This document shows, in pieces, positions 49,001 to 63,300 of a stretch of 64,000 nucleotides of DNA (position 1 is the first letter of the stretch; every line of letters starts with the position of its first letter). Below the pieces are notes generated by a model. The model saw only the letters and a list, made by a program, of their open reading frames with translations, did not search any database and was not told where the DNA came from. This DNA is from Macrostomum hystrix (lineage: Eukaryota; Animalia; Platyhelminthes). A program made the position numbers and the translations under genes. The DNA is taken from positions 7,564,001 through 7,628,000 of the forward strand of contig CATNEN010000001.1 in NCBI GenBank assembly GCA_950097015.1, written 5' to 3'.

Positions 49001-51115
49001 CTTATTCTCAGTTACTCTCTTATTCTCAGTCACTCTCTTTTTCTCAGTCACTCTCTTATTCTCAGTCACTCTCTTATTCTCAGTCACTTTTATTCTCAGT
49101 CACTCTCTTATTCTCAGTCACTCTCTTATTCTCAGTCACTCTCTTATTCTCAGTCACTCTCTTATTCTCAGTCACTCTCTTATTCTCAGTCACTCTCTAA
49201 TTCTCAGTCACTCTCTTATTCTCAGTCACTCTCTTATTCTCAGTCACTCTCTTATTCTCAGTCACTCTCTTATTCTCAGTCACTCTCTTATTGTCAGTCA
49301 CTCTCTTATTCTCAGTCACTCTCTTATTCTCAGTCACTCTCTTATTCTCAGTCACTCTCTTATTGTCAGTCACTCTCTTATTCTCAGTCACTCTCTTATT
49401 CCCAGTCACTCTCTTATTCTCAGTCACTCTCTTATTCTCAGTCACTCTCTAATTCTCAGTCACTCTCTTATTCTCAGTTACTCTATTATTCTCAGTCACT
49501 CTCTTATTCTCAGTCACTCTCTTATTCTCAGTCACTCTCTTATTCTCAGTCACTCTCTTATTCTCAGTCACTCTCTTATTCTCAGTCACTCTCTAATTCT
49601 CAGTCACTCTCTTATTCTCAGTCACTCTCTAATTCTCAGTCACTCTCTTATTCTCAGTCACTCTCTTATTCTCAGTCACTCTCTAATTCTCAGTCACTCT
49701 CTTATTCTCAGTCACTCTCTTATTCTCAGTCACTCTCTTATTCTCAGTTACTCTCTTATTCTCAGTCACTCTCTTATTCTCAGTCACTCTCTTATTCTCA
49801 GTCACTCTCTTATTCTCAGTCACTCTCTTATTCTCAGTCACTCTCTTATTCTCAGTCACTCTCTTATTCTCAGTCACTCTCTTATTCTCAGTCACTCTCT
49901 TATTCTCAGTTACTCTCTTATTCTCAGTCACTCTCTTTTTCTCAGTCACTCTCTTATTCTCAGTCACTCTCTTATTCTCAGTCACTTTTATTCTCAGTCA
50001 CTCTCTTATTCTCAGTCACTCTCTTATTCTCAGTTACTCTCTTATTCTCAGTCACTCTCTTTTTCTCAGTCACTCTCTTATTCTCAGTCACTCTCTTATT
50101 CTCAGTCACTTTTATTCTCAGTCACTCTCTTATTCTCAGTCACTCTCTTATTCTCAGTCACTCTCTTATTCTCAGTCACTCTCTTATTCTCAGTCACTCT
50201 CTTATTCTCAGTCACTCTCTAATTCTCAGTCACTCTCTTATTCTCAGTCACTCTCTTATTCTCAGTCACTCTCTTATTCTCAGTCACTCTCTTATTCTCA
50301 GTCACTCTCTTATTGTCAGTCACTCTCTTATTCTCAGTCACTCTCTTATTCTCAGTCACTCTCTTATTCTCAGTCACTCTCTTATTGTCAGTCACTCTCT
50401 TATTCTCAGTCACTCTCTTATTCCCAGTCACTCTCTTATTCTCAGTCACTCTCTTATTCTCAGTCACTCTCTAATTCTCAGTCACTCTCTTATTCTCAGT
50501 TACTCTATTATTCTCAGTCACTCTCTTATTCTCAGTCACTCTCTTATTCTCAGTCACTCTCTTATTCTCAGTCACTCTCTTATTCTCAGTCACTCTCTTA
50601 TTCTCAGTCACTCTCTAATTCTCAGTCACTCTCTTATTCTCAGTCACTCTCTAATTCTCAGTCACTCTCTTATTCTCAGTCACTCTCTTATTCTCAGTCA
50701 CTCTCTAATTCTCAGTCACTCTCTTATTCTCAGTCACTCTCTTATTCTCAGTCACTCTCTTATTCTCAGTTACTCTCTTATTCTCAGTCACTCTCTTATT
50801 CTCAGTCACTCTCTTATTCTCAGTCACTCTCTTATTCTCAGTCACTCTCTTATTCTCAGTCACTTTTATTCTCAGTCACTCTCTTATTCTCAGTCACTCT
50901 CTTATTCTCAGTCACTCTCTTATTCTCAGTCACTTTTATTCTCAGTCACTCTTATTCTCAGTCACTCTTATTCTCAGTCACTCTCTTATTCTCAGTCACT
51001 CTCTTATTCTCAGTCACTCTCTTATTCTCAGTCACTCTCATTTTCTCAGTCACTCTCTTATTCTCAGTCACTCTCTTATTCTCAGTCACTCTCTTATTCT
51101 CAGTCACTCTCTCTT
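46013..51115. repeat. 18-bp satellite, right arm, with higher-order blocks
   Basis: (TTATTCTCAGTCACTCTC)n; identical variant strings at 46443, 49197 and 50219. Confidence 0.97.
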
Positions 51116-51549
51116 CCACTCAGAAGTCAAAATCAGCCCAACGATTTACGGAGCAGTCATTCAAAGAACAGAGTTAAATAAGCTGGACTGCTTGGCGCTT
51201 ATCATCCCATGATACGAATCCCCTGTATCCACGGGTAGGTTCAGCCTCGATGATGGGGATTACTTTTTAATCTCAGCGACCCCAGGGAATAACTTATATA
51301 GTCTCGTTGAAAATAGATAAGTCCCAAGCGTTTCACTCCAATATTTTTCCTCTTGCTCATTCGAGCATAACAGTTCAGGCCCTACTTTACCTAAAAAATC
51401 TTTCTTTTCACTGAAGGAAGTCCATCCAAATATGCTTATGGTGTTTGCGATAATACGAGCAAATCTTTATTTAATGATTTTTGAAGGCATGGGTCCGTAT
51501 ATTCTGGTCCGACATGGACTTCTGAATCTACTCCATGACATCTTCAAAC

Positions 51550-52187
<638 letters not shown>

Positions 52188-54306
52188 TGAATAAATTAAT
52201 TCTGCCTCAGATGCACGGAACGAAATAAAGTTATAAAAAATGGAAGTCTACCGAAAATAGTTTTCAACGAGTCACCTATAGCTTCCCAATAAACAACCCG
52301 CGAGCTAAAAATAGATCGTCAGCCAATAAAATTCTGCAACGATCATGTCTCACTCAGTGCCAGCGACTAAATCATAGCTGAATTAGTTCTTGGCGCAATG
52401 AGCACTATTTTTTAATTGCGTGTTCGTCACCTCCTCGATGGTTAAGATTGGAAGCCGCTTAACTAAATCGATAATGCTTCGCTAATCCTATCCTGTGAGA
52501 GAGAGAACCTAGCTAATACCGCGGGTATAAGTGTGTGCATCATGGATTCCAAGGCTTCAGGTTCTACATCTTTTTTGGCCCCTTGGGAAAGATCACAGTG
52601 TATAGTGGCCAGGTATGTAAAGGAATCCAGTGTCTTATACTGACTGACGTTGGGATTATAAAAGCTTATAGATTCGACTAAGAATAATCGAAAAACTAAA
52701 TTTTAATTTATAATTTTTAAGTTGCTCGTTGACACAGTGCAGATGTAACTTCAGGTGATAATTAGCCTTGTTTCTGAAAATATCACGGTGTTGAAAATGT
52801 GTGATAAAAATTGTGCTAAAAATAGCTCTCTGTACTTTGCGCGTCGATTTGTCGTAAACATCACGTGACTTATTACTAAAAATAGCACAGAGCAAAATAC
52901 ACAGTATATTTGCAAACATCCAGTGCCTAAATACACCACTATTTTAAATGCTATTGTAACAATCAATTAAGAGTCTAGAATCCCATACTTCTACTCGTAA
53001 GTTAAAACACTTCACTATATTGTCAGGGACCACTCAGAATACAAAATAATGAAGTTATAAGATTGTGCAACGACCGGAAACACAGTCCCGCTGATAATTT
53101 TCAACCTAATAGAACTAATTAATTAATGTATACTTTCCTTTACTACTGCAGACGGATGCTTTTACCTGCAGACAGATGAGCTTGAGAGACAGACAGGATT
53201 TCCTGTTCGATGAAAGATGCGATTATAATTCACTTGATCCGAGTCGACTGACTTGCTTATATACTGGCTTTACTTTTACTTCAGGACAATGCTTCCTATT
53301 TGTCTGAATCGCTCTCCGTAATGCAATAATCTCGCAGACTTAGCTAATTTTACCTATCAGTTAGTATTTCAGTGTTGAAAGAAATCTAGTTCTGTCGCTA
53401 TTCGTAGTTCTAGATAAAACACTGGATTCTCTGAGAAGAAAAACTACTAGAAGAAGAATCAAGACATTTTCTGCACTTTCATCGTTCGGTAAAAAATGAC
53501 AACTTAACGTTTTAAAAAACCATACTTGAAGTTCTGAAAAATGTATTAGACACTTTTTAACTACTGGAATCGATCACCAGTTAATTTACAACTCGAAAAT
53601 AAAATCATTGAGCGATGAGCAAAAACTAATACTACTCAATGAAAGTAGTACAGGTGTACAAAATTATTAAAGAAGACAATTGTTAATGATAGATAAGGTT
53701 TTAATAAAACAAAAACTACTTTTCTCATTTTTCTGCTCTCACGATAAAAGCAAACGGAAAGTTCTGAATAAATTTTGTTAAAACAATATTGGAAAGCAGC
53801 TCAAGTTGTTTAAAAAAGAACCTGACAAACTAAGGAACACAAAAAGGTCACTGGAATTGTTCTAGAATGGTCTAGCAAAGTGATAAATGGCTAGAATGAA
53901 TAAAATGATTTGTTGGAAGTAATATCACAAGCATTTGGTAAACCAAAGCGGATAAATTTGCCCTCGTAGTTCAAGCACAGCCGAAACCGGGGCTCTGATG
54001 TTGATCGTGAAGAAAGGCAACTTTTTACACACGAATAAAAATAGTCAGTACTATGAATCGTTTCGATTATAAACACAAAGGCATATTCAGCAATGAGTAA
54101 AATTCGTTGTTTTCTATCGATTGTAAAATTCTCTGAAACAATGCGCCATCAGGTTTTGAGATTCTTGAAATGTAGTGATTAAAAATTGATGAAATTATCA
54201 GAAATATTTAGATCGTTGAAGAATTTAGATTCTCTCTTTGATAATGCATCGAGTCAATCATTCTGCTCGCTTTCGCATTGTGATGGTACCTCGAGAAAGT
54301 TCAAAA

Positions 54307-57300
54307 TTAAAACTTTGTCTCGCCCTCAAATCCGGCATTGTCTAGGCCGGTGGGGCCATTGTGCGGTGACAGAGAGGCTCCGCTTGACAAGTCCTGCGGC
54401 AGGCCAAAGCGAACATGACCATTAGAGGCTTCACTATCAATGCCAGAGATGGGATGGCTCATGTCTGTGACAATGACGCCCTCGGCCAAGGCTGGAAGGC
54501 TGCTCACTGGTTGAAGCGACCGGGTCTGAAGAATGTTACCAGCCAGCAGCTCGCTAGAGTTGCGTCGCCAGCTCTCCTTCCGGATGCGCCGACGGCGATC
54601 GCGAGCCAACTCGGTTGAGCTCATTCGCCTCGACTTGGCGAGGGTGCTGTGAGAGCCGTGGCCTCCGTGAGATGGTCCTGCAGCTGCGGCACTGTTCAGG
54701 TGAGAATGTCGACCTCATGATTGTTAGACGATTAGATTGTTACACTCAAACTACTCAGGGAAAGTATTTAGGCCTTTGAAACCATCAGAATTTGGATACA
54801 TATTGTTCATGACAAGTCCAAAGTCAAGCTATCAAACAATAAATAACAGTAGAGAGACATGGTGTATTTCAAATACCCGCATATTTATTTTTCTGTCTCC
54901 TGAAGTATTAAACCAATTGACATGAAAATCCAGTACACTGGCTAGAATTTTCCGCTCTATCCGATGAAACAACTTCCAGAATAAAAAAACATCGGCAATG
55001 GTGGTATCGTCGAGATATTCAAGATTCTCGTCGGGGTGTCTGATGGCAAAAATGGATTCGCCTAGGGGTTTAAACACAGCAATGTTAGTTGTCCTTGTCA
55101 CCAGGGTCTCCAACAAAAATAGCTGAACATCTCGACGATGGTGACGCCTGACGGCTTTGAAAGTTGGTTTATCGTAAATGGCGGACAATTTAGACTCAGA
55201 TGGTGGACTTTTACGAAAATCGGTCATTCGGTTTGGAAGCATCGTGAAGTAGGCAGTGGGTAATATATAGAAATATATTCCCGGGAGGGAAGATAGCGTT
55301 GTCTTTCTAATGTTAACCAAACGGTGACTCGCTTTCACAAACTCTATACTTTCGACCTTGTGAAACTACCCCAACCTTGTAATATTTAACTACCTGTGGT
55401 ATTATTATAGAAGGAATCATCGAACAATTTAGAGTAGAAAGAAAACTTTCAACCAAGTCTACGTTATAAAAGTGACTGACTTATCGGAGGTGGCGCCATC
55501 GCCAGCTGATCCGCCAGCATTTCCTGCCGCATCCAGCTGACTGTCCTCTTCGCCGTCATGCATTTTGGCTTCGTCCTTGAATTTTGACAAGGAGTTGAAT
55601 TAATTAGATAGAATACAACGACTTCACTTGAGACTAGAATGCTGAGTACGCAAATAGGCTCACCTGAACCAGCTCGTTATAGAAGGTGGAGAGAGCGTGA
55701 AGGACAGCGTCGTGGACGGTGACGAAGAGGCCCTCCTCGCTCCTCTTGGCGTAGAAGTTGGCCTTCCTAAGCTGGGATCTGACCAGCCAGGTGCAGCCGC
55801 TCAGGTAGATCTCCACGCCGATCTTGCTGAACTCGTCCACGATTTGGGACAGCAGGCGAATGCCCACGGCGTCGGTGAAGGCGCAGGCTGACAGGTCCAG
55901 GATGATGCAGAAGATGTTCACAGTAGAGGCTATCTCCTTATCGGAGTGATAAGCCACCGACTCAAAGTGCGCGTGCTTCTCCAGCACCGGCTGCGTGCCC
56001 TGCGCCACCACGCGGGCCTCCGCCACCTGCGCAAGAGACCGGCTGCGTTTCTAGGAAACTGCAGTGAACTGACCTGACACCTCTCTGCATCGCCTGACAC
56101 CTCTCTGCTTCGCCTGACACCTCTCTACCTCGCCTGACACCTCTCTGCCTCGTCTGAAACCTCTTTACCTCGCCTGAAATCTCTCCGCCTTGCCTGACAC
56201 CTTAATGCCTCGCCTGACACCTCTCTACTTCGCCTGACACCACTCTGCCTCTTCTGACACCTCACCGCCTCGCCTGATACCTCAATTTCTAGTCTCTATC
56301 TTAGTAATATTTTTTCAGACTTATCAGCGAATTGCTTTGACATAACTAATAGCTTTCTAAACACCCTAAGATTGTCATAACAAGAAATCAGCAATGAAAA
56401 ACTGAAAAAAAATTCAACGCACCGGATGGCTGCCCTCCTCAGTGACGGTCTCCAGAATCTGGCGAACACCTTCAACCTGAAGCATGTCAGTGCGCAGGTC
56501 AACTTCGCCGTGACGCCTTCCTTCTCGTTTCGCGCGCGCTTTGGCTTTGGCCAGAATTCGCTTCGGATTCAGGGCCACCTGGCGGTAGAGCCGATTGCGA
56601 TAGTTCTCAGCGCTGGCAAAGTACAGCGAGCCCTCGAATTTGAAGATCTTGATGCCAGGAATCTGTTCGGCCTGAATAATTGAGTTTTTATTGTTAAGAG
56701 TTTTGCATGTTTACTACTTTAAGTAGCTTAACCTGTACAAAATATAACAGTAAGCTAAAGATAAAGTGTGTTTCTTACGATTCTCAATTAATGATAAAAT
56801 TAACGAACAAATTAGCCCTGTTTAACAAGCAGACCAACAGAATACCAGTATTTAGATGTGTGTGTCAAAAGTCACTCAGTCTATGATTTTTCTGTATAAT
56901 AAGTTATAGTCCAAAACGGATCTACAAACATGTCTAAAAATATATTAAAGTTCTTAAATAGAATTTATAGACACAAAATTTAGTAAATTTTAATTTCTAT
57001 ACATACCAATTATACGCTCATAAAATGTTTTACAAATTTATTTATATTATAGAATCGTAAACACTACAGTTGGTCTAGTTAGTCTCACTTCCCAGCAACA
57101 GCATCTTAAGCTCTTGAATTTTGAGACAGTCAGACTAACACAGTAAAAGCAAGTGTCTAGCTAAAATCGAAGCCTACCTTCTTGTGCTTTTTAATATTCC
57201 TGTAGATGTCAGTGTTTGGCAGTCGGCCCAACAGGTAAGCCTTGGGCGCCTGGGTGCGAAAGATCACAGTAGCCAATGAGAAGACGACTCCGATGAGTAG

Positions 57301-60300
57301 TCCGATGGGCAAGTCGAGACCGAGAATGGCGCCCAATGTGACAAGAAAGATCGTCTGCCATAAAGTTCAAATTTTCTTTGTAGACGATTTCGAGTAGATA
57401 AATATAAAACATTTCCAGGTAGAAATACTTACGAAGTCGTATCTGTTAGTTCGCCACAGTCGTGGCAGCTGTTCCACTTGCAGGATCATGTTTTTTAGGT
57501 TTACGATGATAATTGCTGATAAAACGCACTGAAAATTTGAGTTAAAAAAACCTCTTTAACTTAAATTTTGACTCAAAAAACGTTTTAAAGAACATTTAAA
57601 GGTCGTGGCTTAGTGTTAAGAGCGTCGAACTCACGACTTTAATTCGGATGTTTGATTCACGACTCTACTGGAACAATTTGTGTCCGTTAGCAAGACACTT
57701 AAACTCTGCATTGCTTCAGTTCAACCAGCTGTTAAATGGGTGCCAGCGTCAGCTGGGGTAATTGAGAGTGGGAGTGGAATCCCACCAGTCCCCAGTCCAT
57801 GGACTGAACAGCCACATGCAGCTATCAGATGCGCCGCGCAATAGCTGCGGCTGTGCTACGGCAATATAAAGGCTTCAAATCTAGCCAAGTTAGGTAATCC
57901 ATTATTATTACTATTATTATTATCACCAATGAATATTATGCCATTAGAAATTTATATGGGGCCACATGGGGTCAATGAATAGATGATCAAAATAAATAAG
58001 CGCACTGTGTCACCTTTGGCACAGGTGCAAATTCAGGTGCAATCACGAGTATAGCAATCAGTGTAATGACTGCAGCGTACAGCGAGTAGACTAAAGTTTT
58101 GCCTTTTAAAGACTCGTGTAGCGATGTGCAGGTGATGGCAGCCGCCGAGACGAAGGTGCTAAACCAGCACATACCAATGTTCACGGCACCGTAGGCGATC
58201 ATCTCCTGATTGGGGTCGATTTCGTAGCCGTTGCGTAGGGCGAAGGTTTTCGATAGCGAGACGGACAGCGCGTAGGAGATGACGCCGAGAACGATGCCGT
58301 TCACAATGATCCCAGAGCCTGAGGTAAAGTGTTCAATCTTAGGAGATCTCGGCGCCTCGAACCTTGACATGGTGCAATGAGAGTTGGCAATTTGAGCAGA
58401 GTAGATAAGATGTGACAAGATTACATAACTAATCAGATTAGAGAGTGACAAGATTGCATAACTTATATCAGATCAGAGAGAGACAAGATTACATAATTAA
58501 TCCGATTAGAGAGTGACAAGATTGCATAACTAATCAGATAGAGAGGGACAAGACTGCATAACTAATTAGATAAGAGAGTGACAAGATTGCATAACTAATT
58601 AGATAAGAGAGTGACAAGATTACATAACTAATCAGATAAGAGAGGGACAAGATTACATAACTAATTAGATAAGAGAGGGACAAGACTGCATAACTAATTA
58701 GATAAGAGAGGGACAAGATTACATAACTAATTAGATAAGAGAGTGACAAGATTACATAACTAATCAGATCAGAGAGGGACAAGACTGCATAACTAATTAG
58801 ATAAGAGAGTGACAAGATTACATAACTAATCAAATCAGAGAGGGACAAGACTGCATAACTAATTAGATAAGAGAGTGACAAGATTACATAACTAATCAGA
58901 TCAGAGAGGGACAAGACTGCATAACTAATTAGATAAGAGAGTGACAAGATTACATAACTAATCAGATAAGAGAGGGACAAGATTGAATAACTAATTAGAT
59001 AAGAGAGTGACAAGATTACATAACTAATCAGATCAGAGAGGGACAAGATTGCATAACTAATTAGATAAGAGAGTGACAAGATTACATAACTAATCAGATA
59101 AGAGAGTGACAAGATTACATAACAAATCAGATCAGAGAGGGACAAGACTGTATAACTAATTAGATAAGAGAGGGACAAGATTACATAACTAATCAGATCA
59201 GAGAGGGACAAGACTGCATAACTAATTAGATAAGAGAGTGACAAGATTACATAACTAATCAGATAAGAGAGGGACAAGATTGAATAACTAATTAGATAAG
59301 AGAGTGACAAGATTACATAACTAATCAGATAAGAGAGGGACAAGATTACATAACTAATTAGATAAGAGAGGGACAAGACTGCATAACTAATTAGATAAGA
59401 GAGTGACAAGATTGCATAACTAATTAGATAAGAGAGTGACAAGACTGCATAACTAATCAGATAAGAGAGGGACAAGATTACATAACTAATTAGATAAGAG
59501 AGTGACTAGATTACATAACTAATCAGATCAGAGAGTGACAAGATTTTGCTTACCCTTTGCGAATTTCTCCAACAGACGCAATTTTCAATGTAGTCTCCCA
59601 GAAGAGAAACTTTGATAACAGCAGGCTGGCAATGAGCTGCAAATTATTACAAATTTAGATATGTCAACAAATTGACCAATTATATGTACATGCAGATGGC
59701 AAAAGCTTACTCACCACAATGATATCAATTGGGATTGGCACCCTGATGTGTTTGATGCACCTCTCGTTAACGATCTTGATCGATAACAAGATCAGAAAGA
59801 AAAATACAAAAACCAAGATTGTGGGCACGTTCACCTTTGACGCAAGGATTTCTTTTACGGCCTCGATGAAGTACTGAAAATAAGGGACAGAATACGAGCG
59901 CTTAATTTTCCATTGGTTTCAAAATCATACGAGCACTTCTTACAGTCTACCAAGTCTACTTCTCACCGTCTACCACGTCTACTTCTTAAAGTCTACTAAG
60001 TCTACTTCTTACAGTCTACCGAGTCTACTTCTCACAGTCTTCTAAGTCTACATCCCACAGTCTACCAAGTCTACTTCTCACAGTTTACCAAGTCTACTTC
60101 TCACAGTTTACCAAATCTACTTCTAACTGTCTACCAAGCCCAACTCTCACAGTCTACCAAGTCTACTTCCCACCGTCTACCAAGTCTACTTCCCACCGTC
60201 TACCAAGTCTACTTCTCACCGTCTACCAAGTCTACTTCTCACCGTCTACCAAATCTACTTCTAACTGTCCACCAAGCCTAACTCTCACAGTCTACCAAGT

Positions 60301-63300
60301 CTACTTCTCACAGTCTACCAAGTCTTCCCACCGTCTACCAAGTCTTCCCACCGTCTACCAAGTCTACTTCCCTCCGTCTACCAAGTCTTCCCACCGTCTA
60401 CCAAGTCTTCCCACCGTCTACCAAGTCTTCCCACCGTCTACCAAGTCTTCCCACCGTCTACCAAGTCTACTTCCCACCGTCTACCAAGTCTACTTCTCAC
60501 AGAGTACCATCAATAACTATCATAATCTACCAACGCTACAACTGTATTACAAACTGCACAAATAGTTCAAAGTTAAACAAACCAGAAAGAATTTTCCATT
60601 GCCATTGATAGTTGGTATTGGGGCGCCCAGCATGTTGCCCAGCTGGCTGCTGACAATGTGCAGTGCCGCTCCGCAGGTAAAAGCGCTATTAATTGGATCA
60701 GACAGGTAGATGGTGAGGAAACCGAATTGAAACAGGCCAAGCACCAGCTGCAGGGCACCCGCAATCATTGTGATTGTCAGGGCGATTCTTGCATTGGCGT
60801 CATCTGGGGTGGTGCATGGCACTGAAATGAAGGCGCATCCAAAGAATTTGTAAAGTTCTGTTCAGTCCGCGGACAGGGCAAAGCAATACCCGTCAAAGTT
60901 TCTGCACCTAGCCAATAAATAAAAATAATGATTGATTACACCTGCGCTAATTGGGTCAGATGTGCAGCGGACGGTACAGCCGCAGCTATAGCGCAGCTCA
61001 TCTGAAGGATACGTACGGCTGTTCAGTCCATGGACTGGAAACTCGGGGGACGAGACACCAACTCTCAATTATCCCAGCTAATGCTGGTACTTATTTAAGG
61101 GACTAAAACCCCATAGACTAGGCTACAACCCCCTAGACTAGCTAGAACATCCCTAGATTGGGCAAAAACCACCTTGACTACGCTACAACCCCCTAGATTA
61201 AGCTACAGCCCCGTAGATTAAGCTAACAACCCCTAGATTAAGCTACAGCCCCGTAGATTAAGTTAACAAGCCCTAGATTAAGCTACAACCCTGTAGATTA
61301 AGCTACAGCCCTCTAGATTAAGCTACAGCCCCGTAGATTAAGCTAACAACCCCTAGATTAAGCTACAGCCCCCTAGATTAAGCTACAGCCCCCTAGATTA
61401 AGCTACAGCCCCGTAGATTAAGCTAACAACCCCTAGATTAAGCTACAACCCCCTAGATGAAGCTAACAACCCCTAGATTAAGCTAACCCCTAGATTAAGC
61501 TACAGCCCCGTAGATTAAGCTAACAACCCCTAGATTAAGCTACAGCCCCGTAGATTAAGCTAACAACCCCTAGATTAAGCTACAGCCCCGTAGATTAAGC
61601 TAACAACCCCTAGATTAAGCTACAGCCCCGTAGATTAAGCTAACAACCCCTAGATTAAGCTACAACCCCCTAGATTAAGCTACAACCCCCTAGATTAAGC
61701 TACAACCCCGTAGATTAAGCTACAACCCCTAGATTAAGCTACAACCCCCTAGATTAAGCTACAACCCCTAGATTAAGCTACAACCCCCTAGATTAAGCTA
61801 CAACCCCGTAGATTAAGCTAACAACCCTAGATTAAGCTACAACCCCCTAGATTAAGCTAACAACCCCTAGATTAAGCTAAAACCCCCTAGATTAAGCTAC
61901 AACCCGCTAGATTAAGCTACAACCCCTTCTGATCCAGATACAGTTAAGCTTTATTGAAAATAAATACAGTTCACTGTTAGCAAACACACTACTCACCATT
62001 CGTAGCCGCAGTAGTATTAGCGCTAGTAAATGTCGTCGCGCTAGTCCAAGCCACTGTGGGTTCGCTAGTCGACCAGGCGGTGTAGTTTGAGTCCGCAGTT
62101 GAGTTCGGTGTCAAACAGAGGCCGACGCGGTTGGGATAGACCTGATCTACGCCGGCCCTCACTGCCTCGCCAACCAGTAGGGATATCGCGCCCTGATTGG
62201 CTGGTTGATTTTGTTTGAAGAGAAATCATTATCCTTTTCAGATCATCTCATAATATTCTTTATATTTTCTTGCCCTACAAATTTTCTGTAATCGAACCTT
62301 AGTTCATTGATAATCTCACTCTACTTCTCAGAAAATATAACTCCACTTCTCAGATAATGTAACTCTACTTCTCAGATAATGTCGCTCTACTTCACAGATA
62401 ATGTCGCTCTACTTCACAGATAATGTCGCTCTACTTCACAGATAATCTCACTCGACTTCTTAGATAATCTCACTCTACTTCACAGATAATGTCACTCTAC
62501 TTCACAGATAATTTCGCTCTACTTCACAGATAATCTCACTCGACTTCTTAGATAATCTCACTCCACTTCACAGATAATGTCACTCCACTTCACAGATAAT
62601 CTCACTCTACTTCTCAGATAATCTAACTCCACTTCACAGATAATCTAACTCCACTTCTCTCAGATAATCTTCTTGACAATAACTAGACTCCACATCAGTG
62701 AAACAAAGACTCACTCATATTAAGGTGGTTGGATGTGCCAAAAATAAAGTAGATAATCATGGCAAAGAATGCGGAGTAGAATCCACTCTGCGGTCTGAGA
62801 TTGGCCAGCAGAGCGTAGGCAATGGCTGAAATTTAAATTCAAGTAAAAATCTGTTTATAAATTTAGAAGTGTGAATTTTTTTCCTAAATTAAATTCATTT
62901 TTCAACACATATCGGCTACCTTATAAGTACAACTTCTCATCCCTTTCAGATTCAGTATCATCCGATTAAAAAAACTGCAAATCAAACTATAGAGTTTTGC
63001 AGGGAATTTTTTTCTTCACAAAAACACCATTCGCATAAACTACTCGCTATGAAAGTTAGTAGTAAAGTGAGGAAATTATTGCATCCCAAATTATGAAAAC
63101 GCAATTTAAAGGCTCAGCATTGCAGAACTCACACTGAGGAATGAGGAACAGACCCACGCTAATTCCGGATAACAGGTCGTAGGGTCCGTATTCGCGCAGG
63201 TCGTAGTTAAGCAGCACCTTCACAAATGGAAACAGCCGGGTGATGATGCCCAGAGCGATGACACCCTTGCCCTTCACCTCCTTGTTAGCCCGACGTTCGT

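Noticed and set aside
38160-50467. SHSLIL / YSQSLS / VTENKR repeat ORFs, including the 946-aa and 602-aa ones
   Set aside because: Frames of the 18-bp satellite.
51180-51545. Coding-looking unique segment between satellites
   Set aside because: The frames examined are interrupted by stops and have no identifiable homology; at most a decayed fragment.
58534-59475. 313-aa hydrophobic ORF (SLSYLISYVIL)n
   Set aside because: 33-bp intronic minisatellite; the flanking SLC26 exons splice across it in phase.
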